Notes: generated from the sequence alone by a model not told the origin. A DNA stretch of 23,698 nt from an uncultured Verrucomicrobiales bacterium (GCA_938091905.1 CALKOM010000201.1:1-23698); one strand, 5' to 3'. Shown: positions 1 through 7,758, counted from the first letter of the stretch. Made by a program: numbers and translations.

Positions 1-2
1 CG

Positions 3-332
3 CGGGCCTTGTTGCTGGATCCTTCCCATACCCTGCTGGTCTCGCCGATCACCACCCTGGAACTCTCCCGCCTCATTGCACTTTCGCGGCTGACTCTCCG
101 CAAACCCTTGCGGGACTGGTTTGAAAGCGCCAGACAGCACACCGGATTCGAAGACGCGCCGTTCACGCACCGTGGTGCCATCGACAGCTACGAACTTCCC
201 GACCCGTTTCACAAAGATCCCGCCGACCGGGTGCTCGTCGCCACGGCGAGAGAACTCGACTGTCCGATTGTCACCGCGGACGAACTCATTCTTTCGTTTC
301 CCCATGTTAAAACACACGATGCACGCATCTAG
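3..332 (+). CDS. vapC: PIN-domain VapC-family toxin (5'-partial, begins before window)
   Basis: Frame is open from the window edge. It contains S-P-I-T-x-x-E, HKDPADRVLVATA and IVTAD, which are typical VapC PIN acidic motifs. Confidence 0.9.
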   Translation, partial: RALLLDPSHTLLVSPITTLELSRLIALSRLTLRKPLRDWFESARQHTGFEDAPFTHRGAIDSYELPDPFHKDPADRVLVATARELDCPIVTADELILSFPHVKTHDARI

Positions 333-345
333 CTGATCCAAATCT

Positions 346-1075
346 TCAACATGGGTATCCGGCGAGGATTCCGGCAAGACCTTCCGTCCGCGCAGGGTAA
401 ACAACCGGCGTGAACAGCATCCAGACCCCCGCGATCATGGGAATGGCCCGGGTGACATCACCGTAGAGGCCGGCAATCGGCGTGATAGCCAAGCCGATAC
501 AAAACCCAGTGATCAACAAAGCCGCCATGGCGACGGGGAAGAAGAGGACTGTCAGGGAGGGAGTAATCCCCCACCAAAGCATGACTGCGGCCACGAGAAG
601 GAGCCTGATGAGGAAGTTGAAGACCACCATGTAGAGGCCACCCATCAGGATGGCTTCGCGCGGGAAGTTGATCTTCGTAAGCATCGGCTTGGCCGTCGTT
701 AGGGCTGAGGGTGGGCACGTGATGGCATCGACGAATACCTGCCAGAGCAGGGTTCCCATCATGGCGAAGGCGGGGTAGGGAATCTCCCCTGTATCGACCT
801 TCAAGATCCCCTGCGAATTAAGAAAGATGAAGGTCAGAGAGGCGACCAAGGGTGGCAGGAAGGCCCAGACGTAGCCAAGGTAGGTCTGGCGATATTGGGC
901 GCTGAGGTCGCGAATGAACAGGCGCCAAGCAAGCTCCCGACCGGCCATCAGATCCTTGCCAATGTTCTTATATCAGTGTGACTGGATGACCTAACAGCGG
1001 CTCCGGAGAGTAAACTCGCAGAGGGAGTTCCTCACCGGAAGACGGCGGAGATTGGGTGGACTTGTTTCGGGTCAT
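346..1075 (-). pseudogene. wzm: ABC-2 polysaccharide export permease (Wzm-like), frameshifted and 3'-truncated
   Basis: ATG at 1075 is preceded by AGGA and reads MTRNKS...ELPLRVYSPEPLLGHPVTLI, then TAA. A frameshift at ~970 restores KNIGKDLMAGRELAWRLFIRDLSAQYRQTYLGYVW...KINFPRE...TPVVYP. The ORF ends abruptly at LAGYPC, without the usual NP motif and last helix. Confidence 0.85.
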
Positions 1076-1427
1076 GACGCTTTCCTGCGGCAGATCGGGT
1101 TTGTACGAGTGTGTTTCACCCGAGAGTGGAGTTCAAGAGAACGGGCCCGCCTCGTTGATTGGCCGGGAGCTGGTCAAAATGCTGAATTTGGCAACTCCAC
1201 GCTTCCTCTCGCTTCCGCAGATCGAAAGATCTCTTCGAAGGCCGGTTGGAAACGGTTTCTCCGTGAGTAAACAGATGATGAGAGTCATGGCATACGATGA
1301 TTTTCGATGATTGGTTTTGAAGTGAAACATCAGGCTCCTGCCGGTTTCACGTGTATGTCAGAGTCTTGGTGCGCCTGCCTAGTTGTCCTGATTCGCACTT
1401 CTATTCGATCACAGGCATTGGTGTGAC

Positions 1428-1649
1428 TTAGGTTTCCAATACATAACCTCGTGGATGGTTCTTGTTCCAATGCCATGCGCTGGAGATGATAGTTCGCAAA
1501 GTTGCGTGCTCGGGCTGCCAGCCCAGCTGACTACGAATCGCTGAACTGTCCGCAACAAGTGCACCAGGGTCCCCTGAGCGTCGCTCTCCCATTTCAAGAG
1601 GGATCTCATGTCCCGCTCGCCCTGCACGCCAAAGAACTCCGCGCGTTGA
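1428..1649 (-). pseudogene. galE: UDP-glucose 4-epimerase C-terminal fragment
   Basis: Manual translation gives GHEIPLEMGERRSGDPGALVADSSAIRSQLGWQPEHATLRTIISSAWHWNKNHPRGYVLET*, matching the GalE C-terminus (RRxGDP...LGWxP...AWxW..HP.GY). In-frame stops lie directly upstream and no N-terminal domain is present. Confidence 0.85.
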
Positions 1650-1853
1650 TCATTATCCACTCCGTGAACCCTGAAAGCCGAGTTCGCGCGCGAAGTACGG
1701 CTGCACTCGGACTTCCTTCGCGATGGGATCGTCAATCCGGCAATGTATGTTTCAGAGTTCACGCCGAGTGCAGACTTGTGGGAATTCATGACCTTGGCTT
1801 TCGCTGAATTTGCGGAGGTGCCGGAGCCGATGGCTTCCGTGCTTGATCCGCAT

Positions 1854-2205
1854 TCACGCTTCCGACCGTTTGACGGCTTCCAATGCCGCGGGATGCACCT
1901 CGACCAAGTCGGCATCGATCAGCAGGCTACATATCGCGGGCCAAAGCTCCAACAGCAGGCTTTCGAGTTCGGCCTTGCGGATATTTCCCAGCCGAACCCA
2001 AATCACCTTCGGCGGTGATCCTTCCAGCATGATCCGATCAAAAAAATCGGTGTCGCGGGTAAGGACGGTCCAGTCGTTTTCGCGCGCAAGGATCCACAGT
2101 TGGTTATCGCTTGGCTGCGGCCCGATGTCGGTGGCATGAGAACATTCGACAGGGAGGAGCCGTGCCAGCGCGGCAGGCAGATTCTTCGATTAGAAGGTGT
2201 ATCAC
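1854..2205 (-). pseudogene. DUF5615 / Mut7-like PIN toxin with frameshift near codon 7
   Basis: GTG overlaps the DUF433 stop (GTGA). It reads MIHLLI, then after a frameshift at ~2184-2188 NLPAALARLLPVECSHATDIGPQPSDNQLWILARENDWTVLTRDTDFFDRIMLEGSPPKVIWVRLGN...EA*. The family pattern is LxDENL...D..I/LW..A....I/LTxDxDF...PPKVIWxRxGN. Span is 352 nt (3n+1). Confidence 0.85.
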
Positions 2206-2426
2206 GAGGCCAGCAGAACCGTGGAACGTGCGGCGCTAAGGCGGCGGGCATATTCGAGGCAGGCGAGAACATCCTCACGTTCAAGGCGCGGATGAGCGCT
2301 AAGAATATCGGCAATGTCGTCGCCAGCACTGAGATATGCCAAGACAGTTTCCACCCCGACACGGGTTCCGCGGATGACAGGGCGTCCGTTGCAGATAGCG
2401 GGGTTGATCTCGATTCGTTCAGACAT
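2202..2426 (-). CDS. DUF433 antitoxin
   Basis: MSERIEINPAICNGRPVIRGTRVGVETVLAYLSAG...HPRLEREDVLACLEYA is the DUF433 signature. ATG at 2426 is the likely start. Confidence 0.93.
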   Translation of the reverse strand: MSERIEINPAICNGRPVIRGTRVGVETVLAYLSAGDDIADILSAHPRLEREDVLACLEYARRLSAARSTVLLAS

Positions 2427-2440
2427 GGGAAAGAATTGTG

Positions 2441-2577
2441 TGGCTAGGCCCACTTCGTGGGAGAGGACCGCCGGTGGCGGAGAACCTGGTGGCTAGATTT
2501 CTAGAGGCTAGTCCCACTGGGAGAGACTAGTGGCTAGATTTCTAGAGGCTAGGCCCTCTTTGCGGGAGTGGCTAGAG
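2441..2577. repeat. CTAG-rich composite repeat
   Basis: Exact 23-bp direct repeat GTGGCTAGATTTCTAGAGGCTAG at 2489-2511 and 2530-2552. Three related GGCTAG-(G/T)CCC...GGGAG units. Nine CTAG tetramers in about 135 bp. Confidence 0.9.
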
Positions 2578-2697
2578 ACTTCGCGGCGCATCTGGATGAG
2601 AACCTAAACTGGCCTGGCTGCCGATCACCACAGAGACCCTCTCACCGATGACCGTGGCAGCAGCGCGCAGAATGTGCCGAAGTTGTTCGGCATTCAC
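2572..2697 (-). pseudogene. DUF6036-like nucleotidyltransferase, N-terminal 41-aa fragment
   Basis: GTG overlaps the upstream stop (GTGA). MNAEQLRHILRAAATVIGERVSVVIGSQASLGSHPDAPRSL* resembles the family N-terminus (MxRxQLxHxxRAA...VVIGSQAILG). It stops at a TAG inside the CTAG repeat. Confidence 0.7.
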
Positions 2698-2862
2698 GAT
2701 CCGGACGCGAGGACGTGCTGGCGGACGTCCTCGGGAATCAGACCTGCGAAGGGCGATGACTGGCGCAGCCGGACGGCTTCTTCATCGGAACCGCGGAAAA
2801 TTTCTGAAAGACTCTGCGGCGAATGGCGGAGGATCTCCTCCCATATCCTAAAATCGTCGAAG
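2694..2862 (-). pseudogene. C-terminal fragment of putative antitoxin (LRQSSPFAG type)
   Basis: WEEILRHSPQSLSEIFRGSDEEAVRLRQSSPFAGLIPEDVR...; from recall, this motif occurs in small proteins paired with DUF6036-like genes. Its 5' end is replaced by relE sequence. Confidence 0.6.
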
Positions 2863-3043
2863 TCCCAACGCGAAGCCGCATGCAGCCCGCCCATTCACCA
2901 CTCATCGCCCTAACATTCGGATCCATTAGCGGATCAGACAACGCGGCTACTCTACGGACAGCCTGCTTCATTTGATCCCTCCTATCTGATGGCATGCGGC
3001 GTAAGGAACGGACCGCATTGCGATGGTAAACGATTACCCTCAA
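2863..3043 (-). pseudogene. relE: RelE/ParE-family toxin, 3'-truncated (ORF reads on to 2738 through unrelated sequence)
   Basis: TTG start overlaps the antitoxin stop (TTGA). MRVIVYHRNAVRSLRRMP...NVRAMSGEWAGCMRLRVG is RelE-like, but the expected DYRxxF and final strands are absent. Confidence 0.75.
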
Positions 3044-3246
3044 ATCGCATCTTCTGATACAAAGGCGCTACGGCGATCAGCCGCTGAATCGGCCAAGGCT
3101 TCTCGTAATTCTCTTTGCTCGTCAACTTCCAGATCGAACCCATAGGCTTCGGCCAGCTCTACGAAGTGTCGGTAAGGAATAACGACTTCAAGTGGTTCGC
3201 CCTCATCGTCGAAAACGATTCTTTTGTCGACAGCAGCTAGGTTCAT
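3040..3246 (-). CDS. Small acidic antitoxin of the RelE module
   Basis: 68-aa acidic protein (IVFDDEGEPLEVVIPYRHFVEL...) translationally coupled to the relE-like gene. Confidence 0.75.
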   Translation of the reverse strand: MNLAAVDKRIVFDDEGEPLEVVIPYRHFVELAEAYGFDLEVDEQRELREALADSAADRRSAFVSEDAI

Positions 3247-3279
3247 GTCCAAACCTTTAAAGTCAGCTTCATAGCGTGG

Positions 3280-3307
3280 ATGTTAGCTAAATTCGCGAGT
3301 ATGGCAA
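3280..3307 (-). promoter_or_regulatory. Putative sigma70 promoter of the TA stack
   Basis: TTGCCA-16 nt-TAACAT on the minus strand, ~35 nt upstream of the antitoxin ATG. Confidence 0.45.
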
Positions 3308-3574
3308 GGACAGCCGGGGTCGCGCTACGCGGAGATGCCGCTTGCGATGCACACATTCTCTTTTCTAGCGGCCAACTCTAGCTCCCTTCGCGTTTCAGCT
3401 AGCGAAATGAAACCATTCAGATGCTCTCTGTGTCTTTGGCTAATGCCTTTGAGCAAGAATTGTTAGCCTGTCTCGCTCTGCTCGGCTGTGCCTAGGTGCG
3501 AGAATTGTTTTCGAAAACGGCTCTGTCTTTGATTGCGTGCAAACCCATCAGTCTATTCTCGTTTCTAGGATTAG

Positions 3575-6367
3575 TTAGTTAGTTAGTGGGGTGTTTTCCT
3601 CATCTTCGTCATGGTAGTACTTGGCGTAGTCTTTCTTACCATAGTATTGGTAGCCGTAGTCTCGGTAGCCATAGCCGTACTGATGGCGGCGTGAGGCTGA
3701 CAACTGATTCATGACTGTTCCGAGAACTTGAGTGCCGCTTCGATCGAGCTTGGTCAGCGCAAACTTGATTTTGTGGCGATTGATGTCGTTATGCTTGCAC
3801 ACGAAGAGCGCTTCCTCCGCATGAGGCGAGACTACCAACGCGTCCGGGAAAAGCCCCACGGGCGGCGTGTCGATAAAAATGAAATCGAACATGTTCCGAA
3901 GGGAATTGAAAAGGCTTTCGAAATCTTTGCTGGCTAGAATCTCACTCGGATTTCGGGTGGATCCCCCAGCTCTCAATAAATAGAGATGACCCTCTTTCAA
4001 AGCGGCCAAGCCCAAATTCGGGTCCTGAACCAGTTCTTGGTCAGTCCTTGGGATTACACGCTGAGGTGATTGGAACCATTTCACGATCCCATGGGTGTTA
4101 CGCAGCCCGCAGAGCTTGTGCTGGGATGGCTTTCGCAAATCTAGATCGATGATCAAGACACGGTTCCCGTGGCGACTGAAGGTGGCTCCCAGATTTGCCG
4201 TGATAAAAGACTTTCCCTCGCTCGGTCCCGTACTGGTCGTGAGGATGACTTTAGGAGCGGAAACCTGGGAATGAAGTTCCATCGTCGTGTAGATCACACG
4301 GAACGCTTCCATCACCTCCTCGTCCAATTCGTTGACGACACATTGCCCCAGCTCCATCGGTTTCATCTTCTTCTTTTCTCCAATGGCACCCAGGCATTCT
4401 TTGCCAAGAAAAGCCTCGGCTTCGCTGAAGGATTTCAACCGAGTGTCAAGAAAGCCGATACCGACGGGAACCAGAAACAGACCGGCGAACAAGATCATGA
4501 TTGAACTTTTCATGATCTTTCGGCGATCCGGGGTAATCGGCTCTGTCGGGACCAGGGCAGGCTGGATGACCTTGACACGGGCGCCGTCCAGGAGACTGAC
4601 AATGTGTGTGTCACTGCGTCGCTGAAGCAGCATGTCGTGCTGATTCTGCTCCATCTGCAACCGCTTCTGCATGACCCGGTATTCGATGATGGGATCACTC
4701 GCCGCCAGATGAGTATCGGCAGCTTGCGTGAGCCGCTCATGAAGTTTCTCCCTCTGGATCTTTGTCTCGGCCAACTGATTCATGGCCTCCTTGACGGCCA
4801 TTTCAGCGGTGCTCTCCAACAAACCGAGAATCACCTTCCGCGTGCCCTGATTCTCAATGATCTTCGGATGGCGGGAGAGGTATTTGATTTCGAGACGCGC
4901 TCGATCTTTTGCATTCTCTGCCAGTTGCGTTTTCAAGTCAGCAATCCGGCCAAAACTCGCAATGATAGGTAGATCTACCCGTTGAGCGACATTTTGACCC
5001 AAGGACTCGATCCGTTCGAGTTGGAGCTCTAAGTCAACGATCTTGGTGTCCGCTGACATGATCTGCTGCCCTAAGCTGATCACCTCCGGAGACGCATTCT
5101 CCATGTCCTCGTCGCCAACCAGACCGAATTCCTTCCGATACTCCAGGATTGCGCGTTCCTGTTGTTCAATTTCCTGCTTCAAATCAGTGATACGCGCATC
5201 GAGAAATGCTTGAGCTTGCCGATGGGTCTCACTGTTGTCTTTCTTGATGAACTCATCGTACTTTTCCGCGTATCTATTCGTGACTTGCTGAGCTATCTCG
5301 GGATCAGGGTGCTCGTAAGCAACGAGGATAAACTGGGCTTGAGACTTTCTCGTCACGGACAATCCCAAACCGAAATGGTTATCGAATAGCTGAGCGCAGG
5401 CTAGAGGAGATGGCGCTTCATCTCGGCCGAATAAGGGGTTGGCGTAGGCGGAAACTTCGGACTGCCCGAACGAACTTTTGACCAGTTCCGTAAACCCGAC
5501 GCTCTCTAGATTTTTGTCATGGATCTGCATGACTTGCTCCATGGCTTTGCCCTGGAAACTCGCGAAATCTTCGTCGACGTTTTGAAGGTCTTCCGGAAGG
5601 ATTCTATCGGGTTGCGCCTCGACAAGGATCTCTGCCTCGCCGCGATAGACCTTGGGCTGGGCTAGCTGCCAAAAAGCATATGCCCCAGAGAAGAGAACGC
5701 CAAGCGCGAGACCGAGGGCCCAGCGCTCTCGCACCATGAAAAAGATGTCCCGGAGATTCAGCTCTCTGCCAATCTTGGGTGGGGCTTCGGCGATGAAGGG
5801 CGTTGACTGGTCCGATCCTTGGCTTTGAGTGGTCGCGGTCAAGTCATGGGCTGGACCGCTTATGGTACGCGCAGTGGCAGGCGATGTTGTCGACTGATCA
5901 AGCGTCTGCAAATTGCTTGCCACGGCAGCCCCAACGCAGGCAGGGTCGCTTGACGAGATCCGCGGCACTTTGATCCGCATGGTCATGAGATCGGGAGCAT
6001 TCGCCATGCTTGAGCGCTGCGGAGCTTGTCCAGGGGGCCGTGGCACTTTGACCCGCATGGTCATCAATTCAGGAGATTGACCAAGAGTCGGCTCGCTCAC
6101 CGCCTGCGGCTCGGGCTTCGGATGAGGCACCTTGATCTTCATGGTCATGAGATCAGGATCAGACGGAACTTCTTCGGAAGTTGAAGACGGAACTTCTTCG
6201 GAAGTTGAAGGCGGAACAACCTCCTTGGGTGGCTCAGTGAGATCTCCGTTTTTCCGATCCCACGCTGAGTTGATCGACAACCGAGTATTCTTCGCTCCAC
6301 TTCCATTGTCGACGGAGTGGCCTTTGCCCGAATGAGATTGGCAGTCATTGTCTTGGTCTTGGTCCAT
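3575..6367 (-). CDS. wzc: Polysaccharide co-polymerase / BY tyrosine autokinase (Wzc/GumC family) with long N-terminal extension
   Basis: Two TM segments flank a coiled-coil periplasmic region (YLSRHPKI). Walker A GPSEGKS, A' IIDLDLRKP, Walker B FIDTPP, and a C-terminal Tyr cluster YGYGYRDYGYQYYGKKDYAKYY. Confidence 0.95.
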   Translation of the reverse strand: MDQDQDNDCQSHSGKGHSVDNGSGAKNTRLSINSAWDRKNGDLTEPPKEVVPPSTSEEVPSSTSEEVPSDPDLMTMKIKVPHPKPEPQAVSEPTLGQSPELMTMRVKVPRPPGQAPQRSSMANAPDLMTMRIKVPRISSSDPACVGAAVASNLQTLDQSTTSPATARTISGPAHDLTATTQSQGSDQSTPFIAEAPPKIGRELNLRDIFFMVRERWALGLALGVLFSGAYAFWQLAQPKVYRGEAEILVEAQPDRILPEDLQNVDEDFASFQGKAMEQVMQIHDKNLESVGFTELVKSSFGQSEVSAYANPLFGRDEAPSPLACAQLFDNHFGLGLSVTRKSQAQFILVAYEHPDPEIAQQVTNRYAEKYDEFIKKDNSETHRQAQAFLDARITDLKQEIEQQERAILEYRKEFGLVGDEDMENASPEVISLGQQIMSADTKIVDLELQLERIESLGQNVAQRVDLPIIASFGRIADLKTQLAENAKDRARLEIKYLSRHPKIIENQGTRKVILGLLESTAEMAVKEAMNQLAETKIQREKLHERLTQAADTHLAASDPIIEYRVMQKRLQMEQNQHDMLLQRRSDTHIVSLLDGARVKVIQPALVPTEPITPDRRKIMKSSIMILFAGLFLVPVGIGFLDTRLKSFSEAEAFLGKECLGAIGEKKKMKPMELGQCVVNELDEEVMEAFRVIYTTMELHSQVSAPKVILTTSTGPSEGKSFITANLGATFSRHGNRVLIIDLDLRKPSQHKLCGLRNTHGIVKWFQSPQRVIPRTDQELVQDPNLGLAALKEGHLYLLRAGGSTRNPSEILASKDFESLFNSLRNMFDFIFIDTPPVGLFPDALVVSPHAEEALFVCKHNDINRHKIKFALTKLDRSGTQVLGTVMNQLSASRRHQYGYGYRDYGYQYYGKKDYAKYYHDEDEENTPLTN
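5964..6157 (-). repeat. Three spaced copies of a P(D/E)LMTM(K/R)(I/V)KVP-coding repeat in wzc
   Basis: Copies at 5964-5995, 6042-6073 and 6126-6157 with synonymous or conservative differences. Confidence 0.9.
6161..6217. repeat. 24-bp tandem repeat (2 exact copies plus partial) encoding STSEEVPS
   Basis: AGACGGAACTTCTTCGGAAGTTGA at 6161-6184 and 6185-6208, then AGGCGGAAC. Confidence 0.92.
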
Positions 6368-6509
6368 TGTTCTGAATTGGAGGCTATTCTTTTACAAAAC
6401 CAGGCTGGAAGAGGCTATACCTGAACCTTCAGCTAGAAGTCTCATCACGCATGTTACAGCGTTGGATCGCTTTGCACAACACCACTCAACGAATTTAGCT
6501 CCGATCACC

Positions 6510-6545
6510 TGAGTCAAATAACTCAAATGAGTAAAATGAGTAAAT
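6510..6545. promoter_or_regulatory. Four degenerate 9-bp tandem units upstream of wzc; possible regulator site
   Basis: TGAGTCAAA-TAACTCAAA-TGAGTAAAA-TGAGTAAAT in an AT-rich patch 143-178 bp upstream of the wzc ATG. Confidence 0.4.
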
Positions 6546-6709
6546 ATCGCTTGGTCAGGACCCGCCGAATCGTCTCGCGGGAAGTCGAGCTGGAATCTCT
6601 TTGTGCGACCGTTTCTTTTGCACGTCTCTAAAGGGTCCATCGACCCTAGCTTTTGTGGTGGCTCCGAATGGCACACAACTGTCAGCCAAGAGTAGCGCTC
6701 TCGCGAGTT

Positions 6710-7000
6710 GGGTGCGACCTCAATTGGATGCCTTTAAGCTCAATGTAGGGAATATTGTCAATTTGAGCATCTAGGCTTCCGCCGGTCCAGAGATCTTGGT
6801 GAAACCAAATTGCGAGAGTTTCTGCCAAAACTGCTCCCACCGCCCGTTTGTTAGAACCATAGTGCTTAATGATAGTATTTGCTTGGCTCCTGGCATCTGC
6901 CATTTCATTCCACTGCCGCACATCCGCTGTTTGACTACGATCTTGCACCCAGCTTCAGTCACTCCTGAGCCGATTGGTAAATCCATGGCAACATGTAGAC
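6710..7000 (-). mobile_element. ISKra4-family IS remnant (transposase C-terminus plus probable right end)
   Basis: LPIGSGVTEAGCKIVVKQRMCGSGMKW...RWEQFW (stop at 6771) is the ISKra4/UPF0236 C-terminal motif. GGGTGCGACC at 6710 resembles the element terminus. Confidence 0.85.
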
Positions 7001-7079
7001 TGTAGTTCCCCCAAGAAAGTGGACATGGACCGGACAGATCGCTCTGTTAGTTTAGGTATGTTTTCTTGGGGGAACTCCA
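7001..7079. mobile_element. 79-bp miniature element with IS3-family-like terminal inverted repeats
   Basis: TG...CA ends. TGTAGTTCCCCCAAGAAA (7001-7018) matches the reverse complement of 7062-7079 (TGGAGTTCCCCCAAGAAA) at 17/18. The left end continues GTGGACA, as in IS3/IS150-type ends. No target duplication. Confidence 0.7.
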
Positions 7080-7692
7080 CCTTGATAGCGAGGCTTCCAG
7101 TTTCCAGTTCGACAGCACAACTGCGGGCGACGACCTCTCGGTAGAAAACGCCTACCTCCTTCAAATTGCGCCGATTATCGGAGGACATCGGTTTAGCTAC
7201 ACTTCACCCATCGTTGTGTATCCCGGGGCGGCCATTGTGGATCCACACGATATCTGGCAGCAAACACACTTCGGCCAAACCGAAGCTTCTGGCACCGCCG
7301 CTCCCGAAAGTGATGCTGATGCCGATGGCCTATCCAATTTGATCGAACGAGCCCTTGGTTTTGACCCAACTCAGGCCGAGGACGACAGCGCTGCAACGAT
7401 GCTTCCTTCCTGAGAATTAGGGGACTCAGGACGCCCCAGTATGGGCCTATCGATCCCAGCGACGCCTCATCCAGACCTCACCTATGAAGTTCAGCTCTCC
7501 TCCGACCTTCTCAGCTGGACTCCGCTTGCCCGCAAAGAGGGTTCGGGTTCGTGGGAAGTGATCACCGCCGGAGTCATTGTAGAAGCAGGTGTCGAGGTAG
7601 AAGGACGATCCCATTTGACAATTGTAGCTCCTGCCATGCTTCCGGATGACAGCGGCGTCCAACTTCGACTCTCGGTTAACACTACCAAATAG
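7080..7692 (+). pseudogene. 3' fragment of a large secreted-type protein with Verrucomicrobia-type C-terminal domain
   Basis: ORFs 7066-7413 and 7441-7692 share one frame and are separated by TGA at 7411-7413. They read WQQTHFG...DADADGLSNLIERALGFDP...YEVQLSSDLLSW...QLRLSV. The 5' end abuts the miniature element. Confidence 0.8.
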
Positions 7693-7738
7693 AGACAACA
7701 CGTTGCACGCCGATGATATCCGAATAGCTTCCAAATGC

Positions 7739-7758
7739 GTTACTCAGTATGTTACTCA
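7739..7758 (+). promoter_or_regulatory. GTTACTCA direct repeat upstream of the metallopeptidase gene
   Basis: GTTACTCA-GTAT-GTTACTCA, ending 32 bp before the ATG. Confidence 0.35.

Noticed and set aside
301..355. CCCATGTT / AACATGGG inverted repeat at the vapC-wzm junction
   Set aside because: Only 8 bp with a long loop; compatible with chance.
1052..2139. ORF-track calls 1052-1270, 1056-1310, 1133-1330, 1409-1915, 1502-1807, 1743-2018, 1810-2139
   Set aside because: No recognisable motifs; most are shadows of the galE and DUF5615 remnants.
2181..2190. Programmed frameshift in the DUF5615 toxin
   Set aside because: No slippery run, and the lesion removes the conserved Asp of the DENL motif.
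2441..2577. CTAG repeat as a mini CRISPR array
   Set aside because: Only two exact 23-bp copies, an 18-bp spacer that is itself repeat-like, and no cas genes.
1..3570. TA stack as an integron cassette array
   Set aside because: No paired RYYYAAC/GTTRRRY attC structures recognised between genes and no integrase in the window.
3571..3586. (TTAG)4 microsatellite at the wzc stop
   Set aside because: It gives stops in all three frames, but length change would alter only the last residues. No case for phase variation.
6392..6948. ORFs 6392-6676 and 6682-6948
   Set aside because: Promoter-region and alternative-frame IS shadows without protein-like features.
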